The notes under the pieces: generated by a model | Database searches by the model: none | What the model saw: the letters and a program-made list of their open reading frames with translations, nothing else | Told to the model about the DNA's origin: nothing | In this document: positions 15,120 through 28,529 of the stretch, piece after piece | Position numbering within the stretch: the first letter of the stretch is position 1 | How the letters are laid out: the number at the start of each line of letters is the position of its first letter | Program-made: the position numbers and the translations under genes | NCBI GenBank assembly: GCA_000320545.1 | Contig: ADNK01002058.1 | Coordinates: 124,001 to 188,000, forward strand | Direction: 5' to 3' | From: Bigelowiella natans CCMP2755 | Taxonomy: Eukaryota > Protista > Cercozoa | DNA length: 64,000 nt

Positions 15120-16148
15120 AACCGTGCATTAGAAAATAAAACAACAAAAATCTGCTGATGTCCAATCGATGAGATAGGATAATAATAATACGGCATGAAA
15201 ACACAACAATTTCTCTTTGTGGAAGATTCTCATTGTTTTTGTGTGTTGATGGTGTCAGGATATTGTTCTGGCAATAAAGACCGGAAATCTAAGGCTCTAC
15301 AATGAGCTTCTACGGTTGGCCATGTCGCTGCTCGTTTTTTTCAATTTCTTGTACAACAACAACTACTACTACTACTACTACTATTAGTATTCTCTTGGCT
15401 ATGATATAGCTGTGTCATCTGAATGACATCTATTCGTAACAACATCATGCAGGAAGTATGAGGATTTCTTCGTATCAAAGGTGCTCTCTCCCCCCTGTCT
15501 TTCTTTCTCCTCCCCAATCATGATGCGGAGTTAGTGTGTACTATATAATATATATATATATATATATATATTTATATCTTCTGCAGCATCATTAAGATTG
15601 GTTCTGTATTGATTATTTGACATCAATATATGATCTTCTTTGCCGTGCAGTTTTTGTATTATGGTATATGGTGGTGGTGATCATACTCATTACTATTATT
15701 ATGATCCAACGATCTTTCCATCAATGAATCAACACAACAACTACGAATGATCAGGGAATATATCTACTGATGGTGAGGCTGAAGCGATACGTCTACTGTA
15801 ATCTTGTGAGGAAGGTAAAAAATGCAACGAGAACAATTTTAACGGATAATTCGTTGATTAATGTAGGGATTAAGGGAGGAGGGAGGGTGGGTGGAGAAAG
15901 AACAGAGACAGTGGTTGTTGTTGTTGTTGTTGTTGTTGTTGTTGCGATGATGATGACGATGATAACGGTGATGGCGATGATGATGTCATTGATAGGTATT
16001 CAAGTTGAACGAGAAGTATAAATCAAGTAAACCGCAGCAGATCAGCCTCAAAGTCTTCAGGTACTCTTCCTAGTCTCTTTTCCTTTTCTTCTTCTTCTTC
16101 TTCCCATCCTAGCATTCTCCACGTGTACACAGTCCACACACAAACACA

Positions 16149-16185
<37 letters not shown>

Positions 16186-16799
16186 CATAAAATGATATAT
16201 TAATTGAGTGAGTACCATTCTCCCCTCCCCTAGGGCTGCTTTCAAGTTCCACGGAGTAGAAGTATCAGAAGATGTAATACTAACAAAATAAGAAATGATT
16301 ATCGTTTAATTAAACTATCGAGGATATCTCTGTGTATGCTTCTAATTGTGCTTACTACTACTACTAACTGCTGTTTGACGTTGTATTCTTTTCCCTTGCT
16401 TTGCTTCTGTTCTCATCCACGGCAGAACTTCGATGAGATTGAGTGTATTATAGCAAATTTGATTCACGAGAAGTTTGTAAAGGTACCACTCTGAGAGATA
16501 ATAAGAATCGATAAACGAGTAGGGGAGAGGGTGGGATGGAAGAAAGGGAGAGCGGGGGAGAGAGGAGAAATAGATATAAGTTGAGAAGACATATTGGCAC
16601 CGCCATCACCACCACATATAGTTGATACTTGGTCGCAATAGTGTCCCTACAACCATGATCGGTGTCACTGATGATAGTGATGTGAAATGGCTAGTGTCTG
16701 AACAACATGTGCAATGGATAGGGTTATCTGGCGCACGGCCGAGCATTAGTGTTGTCGACGAAGAGCGATAAATTTCCGAAGAAAAATCTTCCGTCTTGA
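11499..16799 (+). CDS. PCID2: PCI domain-containing protein 2 (PCID2/Thp1/Csn12-like), many small exons
   Basis: Spliced exons give MSMDGFLRKAKDCIQ, NWYLPIVD, VNHLFK, SQTVTYNYYKGRL, EENYTEAETCLDYAL, AIKTGNLRLY, IYLLMVRLKRYVYCNLVRK, DEIECIIANLIHEKFVK|GYLAHGRALVLS. Stop TGA at 16797-16799. Confidence 0.85.
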
Positions 16800-17530
16800 C
16801 GGATAAATAGTCTTGCAATGGATGACTTCACTTATAATAGACGTCGTCATATTGTGGGACCGTAATAACCTGTAGACTCATATCGCCATGCACATCTTGA
16901 TGTTATCCATAAGCGCCGAGACATACGTACATGCAAGTGGCCATATAATAGTTTAATTCCAGCATTTATTCGGTAGCCTAATAGATGTGGTTCTTGTGTG
17001 TGCGAATTGATTCACTTGCGCTAAGCGCCGCATCGCAGATCGTAATGCATTCTGGAAGTGAACGTGTGGTGCGCGGTGCGCGATGTGAATTAATTTATCT
17101 AGTTACAAGTTAGCTAGCTACAGAGATAAACCAGCTAGCTAGCTAGCCAGATGATGGCATTATATGGACATCTTAGCTGAGCTAATAGCAATGCTTAAAT
17201 GAAGTTCTTAGAATCATCGTGTCGTGCTACGGCAGCTCATGGCAACCAAATGAAAACATGAACAGCATGCATTCTCGCTCGTGCGCCAACTACACGGCTA
17301 GACGGCGTTCATAACACTGCTAGACTGGTGTGCCATGAAACGCGCCTCAGCAGTAAGACATGCCTATACGATGATGTGACATACAGCATTGCACACGTCA
17401 AACTAGCTAAGCTAATGGTCGCATCTTGCTACCGCACGTCATATATGTGCTACAGGTACTATGTGTATGTAATGGTACTAGCGTAATAGTGTATGTCTCA
17501 ATGAGCAATGAACTTATCCACGAAATTCGC

Positions 17531-19999
17531 TTATAATTGCAGCCTACTACACCGTCGATATTCTCTGGTAAAACTGTTCGTCTCTCGATGGAATGAAGAC
17601 GGTGCGGCACGATTTACAGAGGTCCTGTGCTTTCGATCGTCGTTGATGTGTTTGAGCATGTCCTTCTTCTTTATGACGCCCCGCAAACTCCCATCTGAGC
17701 TACACACAAAGATGCAGCGAAGACCTAATCCCTTAAACATATCCAATACCCTATCTGCCGGCATTGAAGGCCTGACAATCACCGGGTGACGATCCACATA
17801 TTTTGAAAGATCAACGTAATCAACAAACCTCCCTGGCACGTTTTCTGATGCGAATGCTACACGCATGGAAAATTGACCGGCATCATCGTCGCTCTGCTTC
17901 AAAGCCCTTTTGATATCCCGACGAGTTATGAACCCAACTACCTGGCGATTTAGCCGCGCCTCTATAATCGGAAAGCCGTGGAAAGTGTACTGCGAGCACA
18001 TCTCTTCCAGTGACTCTACAGTTTCTCCATACTTGGTTAAGGCAATGACAGTAGAAGACATTAGGGAGGCTGCCGTCGCTGTTGATTCAAGTTCAATCAC
18101 AGGATTAATATGCGGGTATCCTTGAAGTGAGATCAATTTATCAAATATGCCTTCTTTCCCAAATGCATCCCCCACCCATTTGGCAGGTACAACTGCCACC
18201 ATCAACGGCACTATGTAGTCAAGCCCTCCTGTAAGCTCCAGCATTATCACGGAAAGCGAGACCGTTAACCTCGTTGCTCCCCCAAGAAAAGCAGCTGAGC
18301 CTGCAACTGCATAGAGTGATGGAAATATACAGTCTGTGCGTCCAATGCATCCCTCGAAAGGATAGACGTCCCCCACAGATAAATGCCATGACTCTACCAT
18401 CCAACCGAGTGCCCTGCCTACACATGCACCGACTACCAATGTCGGCATGAACAATCCTGAAGGAACTTGGGATCCAAAGGTCACAATGGTAAGGATATAC
18501 CGACCCACGCCAGCAGCTAGAAGAAGTAAGATCATCTTCCATTTTCGGGTGCCGTCGGTGGTACAGAGGGCGTCCGTTTGCTTGTCATCTAGAGAGGATT
18601 TGAGCTCAGTACAGTGGTTGAAGAGATGCTCCAAGAGAAACGTTTGCCCTTCCGCAGCAAAAACATTTGAAAAAGCAATGACGCACGTAATGGTGGTTAT
18701 TATGGCTATTTCCAACAATCTATGATTTTTGAACCATGAAACTCCTCCGCGGATTTGATGCAATTTCGAGTTGATTCTCACGAAGAGTGCCCCTGCTAGG
18801 CCTCCAAGGACTCCCAATATAGCAAAGAATCCCAATTCGAACCACATCCAGCTTTCGCCTTTGTAGAATACTTGGAACTGCACGAGCTTTCCCGCTGCTG
18901 ATTCTGTACCGTTGCCGTTCGGATTAAAGTATCTGAGAAATACAGCTGTGGATATCGCACACCAAAAGCTCCTCCACATGGTTTTCGGGGGAAAATAGGA
19001 ACTCATAGCTTCAAGTGAAAACAAAACTCCGCCCAATGGCGCCCCGAATGCAGCGGTAACACCAGCCGCACAAGACGCAGAATAGATTTCTCTCTTCATC
19101 GCTTCGTTTTCCTTGTATTTCGTGAACATTCCAACAAAAATGGATCCCCAACAGCAAGCTATGTGTACCAATGGTCCTTGCAACCCCAAGCTCAACCCAG
19201 ATGCTACAGCAAGAACCAACCCTACAGATTTTATCAGCAGTGTTCCCGCTGATAGAAAGTTCTTGATGATAAATCCCCCGAGCACAACTTTAGTGCCTGC
19301 AACACCGCTTCCGAGGGATAGAGGTGAATACATGGAGCAAATGTAGCTTGAAGCACTCGCCAGGGTGACCCCCATTGTCACATAGACTACATAGTCCAGC
19401 CAGAAACCACCGGGAGCTCCAGGAGCAAGAATTTCACTCCAATTCGCCCATGCTTCGCACGTGACATGTTTGGATTCAAGACAACAAAGCGAGCGAGATA
19501 CCCAGAAACCATGTCCTCTGCAATACCCAAACTTTAACCCCGATAACCATGTTGCAATTTGATGCACTACAGATCCTGTAAGAGCAGATGCACCACCGAC
19601 CAAAAATAGGACAGTCCATCCTTGAATATTCCAACACCAGTTTGAGCAATTGCCACACGTCCGGCTCAAATTCCTCTCTCGGAATGCGCGCTTTTTTTTA
19701 CGAGCTAAATCACGATCTACAAACCAATCGATGGTCACGAAATTGCGGGCTTCATCTCCATTTTGGTCGATTCTCCTGTATCCTGTGCCAATATCATCAC
19801 CATCATCATCATCATTGCGGGGTGAATGTTCACCGATTACTGAGAGTTGTACGCCTCTGCCTGGGATCCCCTTCCACGAGGGACCGGCTTTCTTCTCGTC
19901 TTTGTCAATTAGACTATTTGTTGATGCATTTCCGTCAGCATTCTTATCATCCTCTCCTCTCTCAGGAGCACGCTCATAGTTGGTCTCGGAACCAAGCAT
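17531..19999 (-). CDS. CLC anion transporter/channel (ClC-3/4/5-like) with CBS domains; uninterrupted 822-aa ORF with atypical key residues
   Basis: FVTIDW, GSGVAG, GLSLGLQGPLVH, AFGAPLGGVLFSLE, PSGLFMP, AAFLGGATRLTVSLSVIMLELTG, and C-terminal CBS pair (FHGFPI; VLDMFKGLGLR). Confidence 0.95.
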   Translation of the reverse strand: MLGSETNYERAPERGEDDKNADGNASTNSLIDKDEKKAGPSWKGIPGRGVQLSVIGEHSPRNDDDDGDDIGTGYRRIDQNGDEARNFVTIDWFVDRDLARKKKRAFRERNLSRTCGNCSNWCWNIQGWTVLFLVGGASALTGSVVHQIATWLSGLKFGYCRGHGFWVSRSLCCLESKHVTCEAWANWSEILAPGAPGGFWLDYVVYVTMGVTLASASSYICSMYSPLSLGSGVAGTKVVLGGFIIKNFLSAGTLLIKSVGLVLAVASGLSLGLQGPLVHIACCWGSIFVGMFTKYKENEAMKREIYSASCAAGVTAAFGAPLGGVLFSLEAMSSYFPPKTMWRSFWCAISTAVFLRYFNPNGNGTESAAGKLVQFQVFYKGESWMWFELGFFAILGVLGGLAGALFVRINSKLHQIRGGVSWFKNHRLLEIAIITTITCVIAFSNVFAAEGQTFLLEHLFNHCTELKSSLDDKQTDALCTTDGTRKWKMILLLLAAGVGRYILTIVTFGSQVPSGLFMPTLVVGACVGRALGWMVESWHLSVGDVYPFEGCIGRTDCIFPSLYAVAGSAAFLGGATRLTVSLSVIMLELTGGLDYIVPLMVAVVPAKWVGDAFGKEGIFDKLISLQGYPHINPVIELESTATAASLMSSTVIALTKYGETVESLEEMCSQYTFHGFPIIEARLNRQVVGFITRRDIKRALKQSDDDAGQFSMRVAFASENVPGRFVDYVDLSKYVDRHPVIVRPSMPADRVLDMFKGLGLRCIFVCSSDGSLRGVIKKKDMLKHINDDRKHRTSVNRAAPSSFHRETNSFTREYRRCSRLQL

Positions 20000-21040
20000 A
20001 TCTTTTTCTTCTTCTTCTTGCCACGATGCTGAGCATGCGATTCGGCTGCGGGGGGAGGAGCTTGTCTTCTGCTCGTGGACCTATCTTTTTAAGGTTGGGA
20101 AGAAGACGACAACAAGCAAATAATAGGGGCAATACTTTATGTCGCACACACGGAATACCATCCATTTATACAGTTCTTTCTGCAGGTTAAATCAGCCCCT
20201 TTTTGATGGAAATAATACCGAATAAGAGCAGCAACAATAGCGCAACAACAGCAAATCAAGCAACACAGTTGCGGGATCTGCATCCGAGTACATTCTGCCA
20301 TGGTTTTGGTGTCCTGGTGCAAGTAACGGATTCACTCCTCCACGGAACAAACGTCCTAAACCAATCAATCCATCGGATAAATCATCGGAAAATCATCGGA
20401 CAACTCAAGACGCAGCAAGGTAGTAGCGAGCTTGTGTGTGCATCAACTTAACATCCACGAGTCGGCCTTGAATTGTAAAGAAATATGCGAGATTGCCTTT
20501 GATTTTGATTGGCGACACGATTTCGGTCTTGTCGTTAAGGTGGTATTAGATGCTCCTAAATCGAATCCCCACCTCCATTCTCAACATTGTAAAGGTGTTA
20601 TCCAAGTGCCAATTACGCCGAAACATGCGCATGATGCCTTGGGCGATGCTGTATAAAATTGCTGATGCTCAATGTATGAGAGATTTTAGAGCCTGGGATT
20701 GTCATTGTTGAGAGAAAAGTCATGAATTCCTTCCGAAGACCGGGCGGCGACCGATTGATTGATTTATCGTCTGAAATTACTTGCCAACAAACAATCAAAT
20801 TAACCCAAGGAGGATCACAACGGTTTTCCACATTGATGAGGTCTGAAGGAATGGAAATTCTCTCATAGAGCACCAAAGAAGAACCTCTTAGGTTCAAGGA
20901 TGGATAATGACATTTTGCTAATTTATCAGAAAAAAAGTGCCTACACCGGGAAGTGCTAGACGAATATCCTTCCTCTTCGATTAAGAACCACTAGTAAACT
21001 GCTGAAAAGCCGTCGTCCCTCGAAACACTGAGATAGCAGC

Positions 21041-22694
21041 ATGGCTTCTCGGCGCTTCGGTCGTGATAACATATCAGACCTTGTTCTCCTTGAGCAGATA
21101 TCTGAGCAGGAAATTTTGAAAACCCTCAAGGTTTGCCTGATAATAAACTTATCTTAATGTCAAATTAACCTTGAGCCAATGCACTGCTTTCGATTATATC
21201 ATCGCGCGTGTCAATGAAATTTCTGTTGTTTATTACTATCATTGTCTCTCATGAAAAATAATTAGGTTCGCCATTCTTCTGATAGAATTTACACGTATAT
21301 CGGTCCCGTGCTACTTTCTGTTAACCCCTTTAAAGACATAAGAGGCCTCTATGCTCCTAGCAAAATAAACGAATACCGCGGCAAATACATGTAACGATAG
21401 AATGCTCTTATTTTTGAATTTAATGAACTATCTACATATATGCAGATGTACCTTTTATTTTTATTATTAGATGTATTTGCGTGTGTGCGTGTGTGCGTGT
21501 GTGCGTGTGTGTGTGCGCGTGCTTTATGCGTACATTATGTAAAGGAGGGGAAAGGCAAAGTGAGACTGGTGATAGTTATGATATATTAATTCACCGGGTG
21601 TTGTATGCTACTTACTACTTCTGCTTAGATACGAGGCTGAGCCACACGTGTACGCGCTTGCAGAGGACACTTATAGACAATTAAAAGTGGACCGCATTGA
21701 CCAATGTGTTATCATATCTGGAGAAAGTGGTAAGCAGTAATAGTATTATAGTAGTATTGCAGTTTAGAAGTAGTAATAGTAGTAGTTGTAGTAGTAGTAA
21801 TAGTGGCAGTAGTGAGTGCTTGGAAGAAAACGACGTGATTTTGACAACAAATGACGATGATGATCAACAGTGTGAAGAAGCCATTTAGAGTAGATCCCAA
21901 CACAAACCGCGAGTTGCATATTTTACATACCCACACGCCCTCCTCCAGGCAGCGGAAAAACGGAAGCTAGCAAGAAAATTATGCAGTACATTGCGGCAAC
22001 ATCCGGATCCAGCCAGGTTATATGTTCAGCTATGATTTTAGAGAGAGAGAGAGAAAGAGGAGGAGGAGGAAGAAAAGGGATAGGAAAGGAGCCAACGGTG
22101 CATACATCAACGGTGCATGTAATCTTTTCTCATCCTCATCCTATGACCTCTTTTCATCGTCATCTTCATCGTTACGTGAATATCATCATCAGGGCATCGA
22201 GCGTGTAAAAAACAAGATTCTTGCTTCTAACCCCTTACTCGAAGCTTTCGGAAATGCAAAAACGGTAGAAGCACTGAACTATTTTATTTATGCACATTAG
22301 AGTATCATGAGCATCAGATGATGATGATGAGGATGATGAGGATGAGGATGATTTATTACTATTACTACTATTATTATCATGCAGGTCAGAAACAACAATT
22401 CATCGCGATTTGGAAAGTACATGCAGATTTTCTTCGATTTGAGAAATGATCCAGCCGGCGCTACTATTGATAACTACCTTCTTGAAAAGTAATAGTAGTG
22501 GTGGTGGAAGTAGTAGATTCTTAGTTTTGTGATATCTGCATGCGCTCGCTCACCCTTGTTTTCATATGGTGTAAACTTACTCTCAATATAATCCACCGCT
22601 ACATCAAGATCTCGCGTTGTAAGTCCCGCTCATGACGAAAGGAACTTTCACATATTCTATCAATTATGTGCTGGTAGGCGAGTAGTTTTCATCG

Positions 22695-22730
<36 letters not shown>

Positions 22731-23373
22731 ATGAATCTCTGCTACTTACTTGCTGCTGTTTGCTGTCTCTAGTAATTCTATTGCTGATTCTTTCTGTATA
22801 TGGATATGTAATAATCGATATTATTGTAAGGCCTTTCTGCTGCCGAAAAGAGAAAATACCACATAATGGCTGCCGACAAATACCGTTATCTCTCCAAGGG
22901 AGGATGCTTAAGTGTAGATCGGTGAGTGAGTAGCGTGTGAAGGATAATAAGAAGAATAAGAATAATAATAACAACAACAACAACGACAAGAAACAGAAAA
23001 AATTGTGGTTAATATGCCGCTACTACTGCTATATATGATTTCCTAGTGATGGCAGCATTAAAGGGGGAGGTGGGGAAGGATGGATGATGATGATTGATAT
23101 AGCTCTTTAGCAGAAGAATGCCAAGTGTTAGGGAAGAATAGGGTGTACTCCAAGCTAATGAGCAACAGTCTTTCGCCTTCTTTCACACACAAAAGAATAC
23201 GTTCTAAAAGTAGTCAATGATGACTGATACAACCTCTCTTCGTTCTCCTCTCCCCCCCATTCTTTTTTTGACCTTTAATCATTAGTATGAACGATGCGAA
23301 AGAATTTGCTGAAATGTTTGAAGGAATGAGAGCCATAGGTAACAACTAACGAACGAATAAATGAAGTGAGAGT

Positions 23374-23414
<41 letters not shown>

Positions 23415-24532
23415 TCCAATGCAATTTTTCTGCCATCTTTTGATAGTTTTCTCCCCATCCCTGTTTGTTCTCTTGTACGATGTCTTCTTTTCCTCCCTCC
23501 ACCGATAAACAAACATAGTGAACGTCATCGTATTATCATTCTATTCTTAGGAATGACACAGGAAGAGGCTGCGGAGTGCTGGAGGCTGGTATCTGCGGTC
23601 ATGTGGCTAGGTGGTTCTTTACATATCTAGATAGCACATAGCACGTATATACTGCCGCTACATATCATACGATAACAATTAATGGATGATGATTAAGATG
23701 AGGGTGATGATAATGATGATGATGATGACTAATACGTGATCCACTAAGTTGGCTCATGGAATTTATAGTCATTTGTGAGTTAATACTTCTATAATCACTG
23801 TCTGATTTGTACAATAATGATACATCTTCACTATCCTCTCTCTCTCTCTCTCTCTCTCTCCCCCCCCCCCCTGCATTCACCTTCCTCTCGTAAATCATCA
23901 TATTCCAGGGGAGGTTCAATTCGACAAAGATGGGGAGGAGAAGAGCAAAGTATAATAAAGACAAATTTTGTTGCATAAGAGTGAAGATGACATTATAAGA
24001 ACAATCAGCTTATTGCATTCAAATCTTGGTGTTTGAAACAAGATGATAGTTTATTTTACCAGATATACTATTCACAAGTATAGTAGTATGAATTTCTTCT
24101 TCTTCCTCTTCTTCTTCTTCTTCTTTTTCCTTTCTGTGTGTTTGACGGTGTTGTAGGTTCGGAACAAGAACGTCGTGGAAACCATTGCAGAGCTGCTAGC
24201 TTGCAAACCTGGAGTTCTGGAAGCAGCCTTAACATCACGTCATATACAGGCAGGGTAATAATGGTGAGGAGGAAGAGAAGGGGGAGGAGTATGGTATCAA
24301 TTATCACTAATAATCTTGTACTTTTAGTGCTAAATTTCTAGTTTATTGTTGCGTCGTAGCCTTTCTCGTTATCATCGTATTTATATGATGATGATGATGA
24401 TGATGATTATTATTATTATAGTCCTCACAAGGCCGTATTGACTTATCTCAATCTAGAAAAAGCAGAGTAAGTGCAAAGAGGCTGAATTCATTTACATATT
24501 ATAAGCGGATCATCATCATCATCATCATCGTC

Positions 24533-24574
<42 letters not shown>

Positions 24575-24881
24575 TTTTCTCACTCGGTTGTAGTTGATAA
24601 AGTCTATCAGAGATACTGGGTAATGGGAGGGGCGGGGAGAAGTTCAGAATATGATTTTCTCGTGCTGGACACAAGCAAGCTGCCAGCATCATAACCTCTA
24701 ACTCCACTGTTGTCAACTTCGCTGTGATAACCATCACATTCAACACACAGATACACAAGAGATGCGCTTGCAAAAGTGATCTATTCCAAGCTGTTTGATT
24801 GGGTAACTCCTCCTTCTCCAAGGACAGAAAAAGAAAGGATTCACTGATATAATATCAACCCTGTGTCGTGTTGCTTATGAC

Positions 24882-24918
<37 letters not shown>

Positions 24919-25724
24919 TACATATATTTTTATTCTTGCTGAAAGTTACTAGCTGGTGTTTGTTATTGTATTTTATGTCGTTCCGTATTCAGATCGTGAA
25001 TCGAGTGAACGACAGCCTCGACCTCAGTCACCAGACAGGCAACCATTCCTTCTTTCATCATGATCTATTAGTGACGGATGTTGACGACGATTGTGATGGT
25101 GAATCAATGGTTTAAATTTGATGAAAGACTGTAATGATCCTTATAAAACAGCTACTGTTTGTTTTTATTATATTCAAATATTCAGGTGCGAGCAGGGTCG
25201 ATAAGAAGAATGCAGCAAGAATTGGCGTTCTCGATATCTATGGGTAGTAGAGGAAGAACTGATACTGCTACTACTACTACTATAGTAGGATAGATAAGAG
25301 TAATAGAAGTAGTAGTAGTTGTTGTTGTTGTTCTACTTGGGGTCCATTTGTCGTTTTTCGAAATTAGCATTATGCAGCGTTCTTCCTAACCATATCATCA
25401 AAAGTGCTGAATCTTAGCTTAGGCCCCTATCATATCTGACGGCAATACATTGTTATTATATTGTTACCATATCTACCAACACACCATTGTTGTTGTATGA
25501 TTACCATATCTATCAGCTTTGAAATATTCGAAAACAATTCCTTTGAGCAATTCTGCATCAACTTCGTCAACGAGAAATTGCAGCAGGTCGATGATGATGA
25601 TGATGATGATGATGATGATATGGGGAGGAGAAAGAGGATGATAGTAGCAAGTGAGATGGTAGGGAGGAGAGAATAAGACATGTGAAAGAAAACGAAGAAG
25701 TTCAATTTTTTGCTGTTGTACTAC

Positions 25725-25760
<36 letters not shown>

Positions 25761-26956
25761 TACTGCTACTTACTACCACCAACTTTCTACCCAAGGTATT
25801 CATCGAAAAGACTCTCAAAAGTGAGCAAGATGAGTACCTCTCAGAAGGCATTCAGTAATAATAATAAATTATCACTCGTGATAGGAGAGGATCATTACAA
25901 TTATAATAATTGCTGCTAGTCGTAATATTATATGATGATGCATTAACGATGATGATACGTCATTGATTTATACAAATCGTATTCCCTCCCTTTTTCTCTC
26001 TCCCGCCCCCTCTCTCTCTCCCCTTCTCTCCTATATATAAAGATATACAATGTATCATATATTACATCCAAGAAACATTAACTAACAGATGGACACCTGT
26101 AAAAAACGGAGTGTTGAAGTACTTAGACGATGAGTGTGTAGTTCCACGTGGCACTGATGAGACATTTTTCGATAAGGTGAAGAAAGAGAAGGGGGGACAT
26201 ATAAAATTAAGCATGGAAATGATGATGATGATGATGACGAGAAGATTTGGAGAGTGAGGGAAGACTGCTCATGCATTTGGAACTCATAGTCAAATTGTGA
26301 TTGTTTCATTTTTCTAGTCGAATCTTTTTCCATTTTCTCCATTTTTGTTGATGCATATGGTTGCACATAATACGCGTATTGATCATAGTGTGATAAATCT
26401 TAATACAGCTGCGTCGCGTTCCTTTCTTCAAGAACCACAAGCATTTTTCTATTCCTGGTAGTGTATAAGTGTATGCTTCTGAAGATATTGGCGTGGTTGT
26501 CTTTGCTCTCTCCTGCGATTTTTGTTTGAATATAAGCTGTTACATATAAGTTTTATCACAATTATTATAGTTGTTTCTGTTGTGTTAGTGATTGTCGTCG
26601 TCGTCGTCTTGTACTTGTTGTTCAGACTTAAAGATTCAAGGCGGGGGTCGTGGAAAGAAGTACCAGCCAAGCTTTATCGTCAAACACTACGCGGGTATAG
26701 CAGCAGTAGTAGTTGTAGTGGTAGTAGGTCATTCCATCGTCGTCTGGATTAATAATATGTGAGATGATGTACCGTGATTAATCAGGCGATGTACAATACC
26801 AAGTTACTGGGTTCTTAGGTTATATTGTGAACAATACTATTCAAACAAGATAATAATAATAAAAAAAATAATAATAATAGTATTAATAACAATGATAATG
26901 ATATTAAGGGGGAGGATAATTGTGCAAATTCATGATGAAGGACAACATTATCTCAA

Positions 26957-26990
<34 letters not shown>

Positions 26991-27322
26991 CACCCTTACC
27001 AGATAAAAACAAAGACCTGAAGTGGAAAGATCTCCTTGTCCTTGGAAAAAATTCTAAGCTTGAGATCATGGCAAGCATGTTTCCGAGGGGGGAGAGTAGC
27101 AATATGGGGACAAAACGTCCTCCCACAGTAGGTTGATTCAAGAGGCAGTAGTACTAGTAGTTATAAAGAAGAGAGAGAGGAGGAGGAGGAGAAGCTAAGG
27201 GAAGAAGAAGAAGATGTTACTCGATGATAAGTGATATAAACTACAATCATAACTGTTACTGTCAACTCCTCTCCCTCTTTCTGTCTCCTTCTCCCACACG
27301 ATGCCGTAACTGAGTGGTATTA

Positions 27323-27360
<38 letters not shown>

Positions 27361-27519
27361 AGGAACTGCGTTCAAGAAACAAGTCAATAACCTCATGAAG
27401 GCTCTAGAGCTGTGTCAGCCTCATTACATTCGTTGCATTAAATCAAACAATTCCAAACGGGTAACAGTCATTCAGATATAAGTGCTTCCTCATAAACATA
27501 CTACTACTACTGCACTCTC

Positions 27520-27560
<41 letters not shown>

Positions 27561-27769
27561 CAAAGTAGCTGTGTTATGATGATGATAGGAATGACGATGT
27601 GTCATCTGCCGCATCAATACTCATCTGTGTTATCTGCAACTACTTTAATGATGATAATATAATAATAATAATAACAATAACATAGGCAAATGTGTTTGAG
27701 GAGCCTCTGGTCCTTCACCAAGTAATCAATCATCACATTATCAATCGACTAACAAAGAGTAGTAGTAGT

Positions 27770-27816
<47 letters not shown>

Positions 27817-27919
27817 CGAGGAGAAGGAGGAGGTCACCACGATGAAAATAAGCTCATTTATTTCTATCACCGTCCCCGCTTTCCTCTTCTTCTTTCTCAT
27901 AATCGTCAACATCATCCTT

Positions 27920-27951
<32 letters not shown>

Positions 27952-28494
27952 TATCATCATCATTATCAGATTAAATATCTTGGCTTGTACGAAAATGTCA
28001 GGGTCCGCCGGTCGATTATCATCATCTTCACTATCATAATCACCATAATCCTTCTTCTTCATTATCATCACCATCATCATCATCATCGTCATCATCATCA
28101 TCATCATATTAACCATGATCTTACTTCTCCTCATTTAACCCCGCCCCCTTAATGATTATCTTATCATATCAGTGCTGGCTTTGCTTTCCGTGAGACATTT
28201 GGTCGTTTTTTGAATCGATACAAGATGCTTGAGGAGAAAACGTGGCCGCATTGGAATGGACCGCAAAAGGATGGAGTGACTACCCTCCTCAGGGCTTTAG
28301 AAATAAAAGAAACACACGAGTACGAAATGGGGAGGACGAAGGTAGTATTATCGAGAATGACGATGATTATGCTAGTCAAGAAAAAGATGATGATGATGAA
28401 GAAGAAGAAGAATAATATGATGAGGATGATAATGATAATGATAGTGATGATGATGATGGTAGTCATGATGAGGCAAGAATAATCATTTAAAAAT

Positions 28495-28529
<35 letters not shown>

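Noticed and set aside
20000-20950. Possible small gene or extra CLC 5' exons
   Set aside because: No consistent spliced frame or recognisable motif was found.
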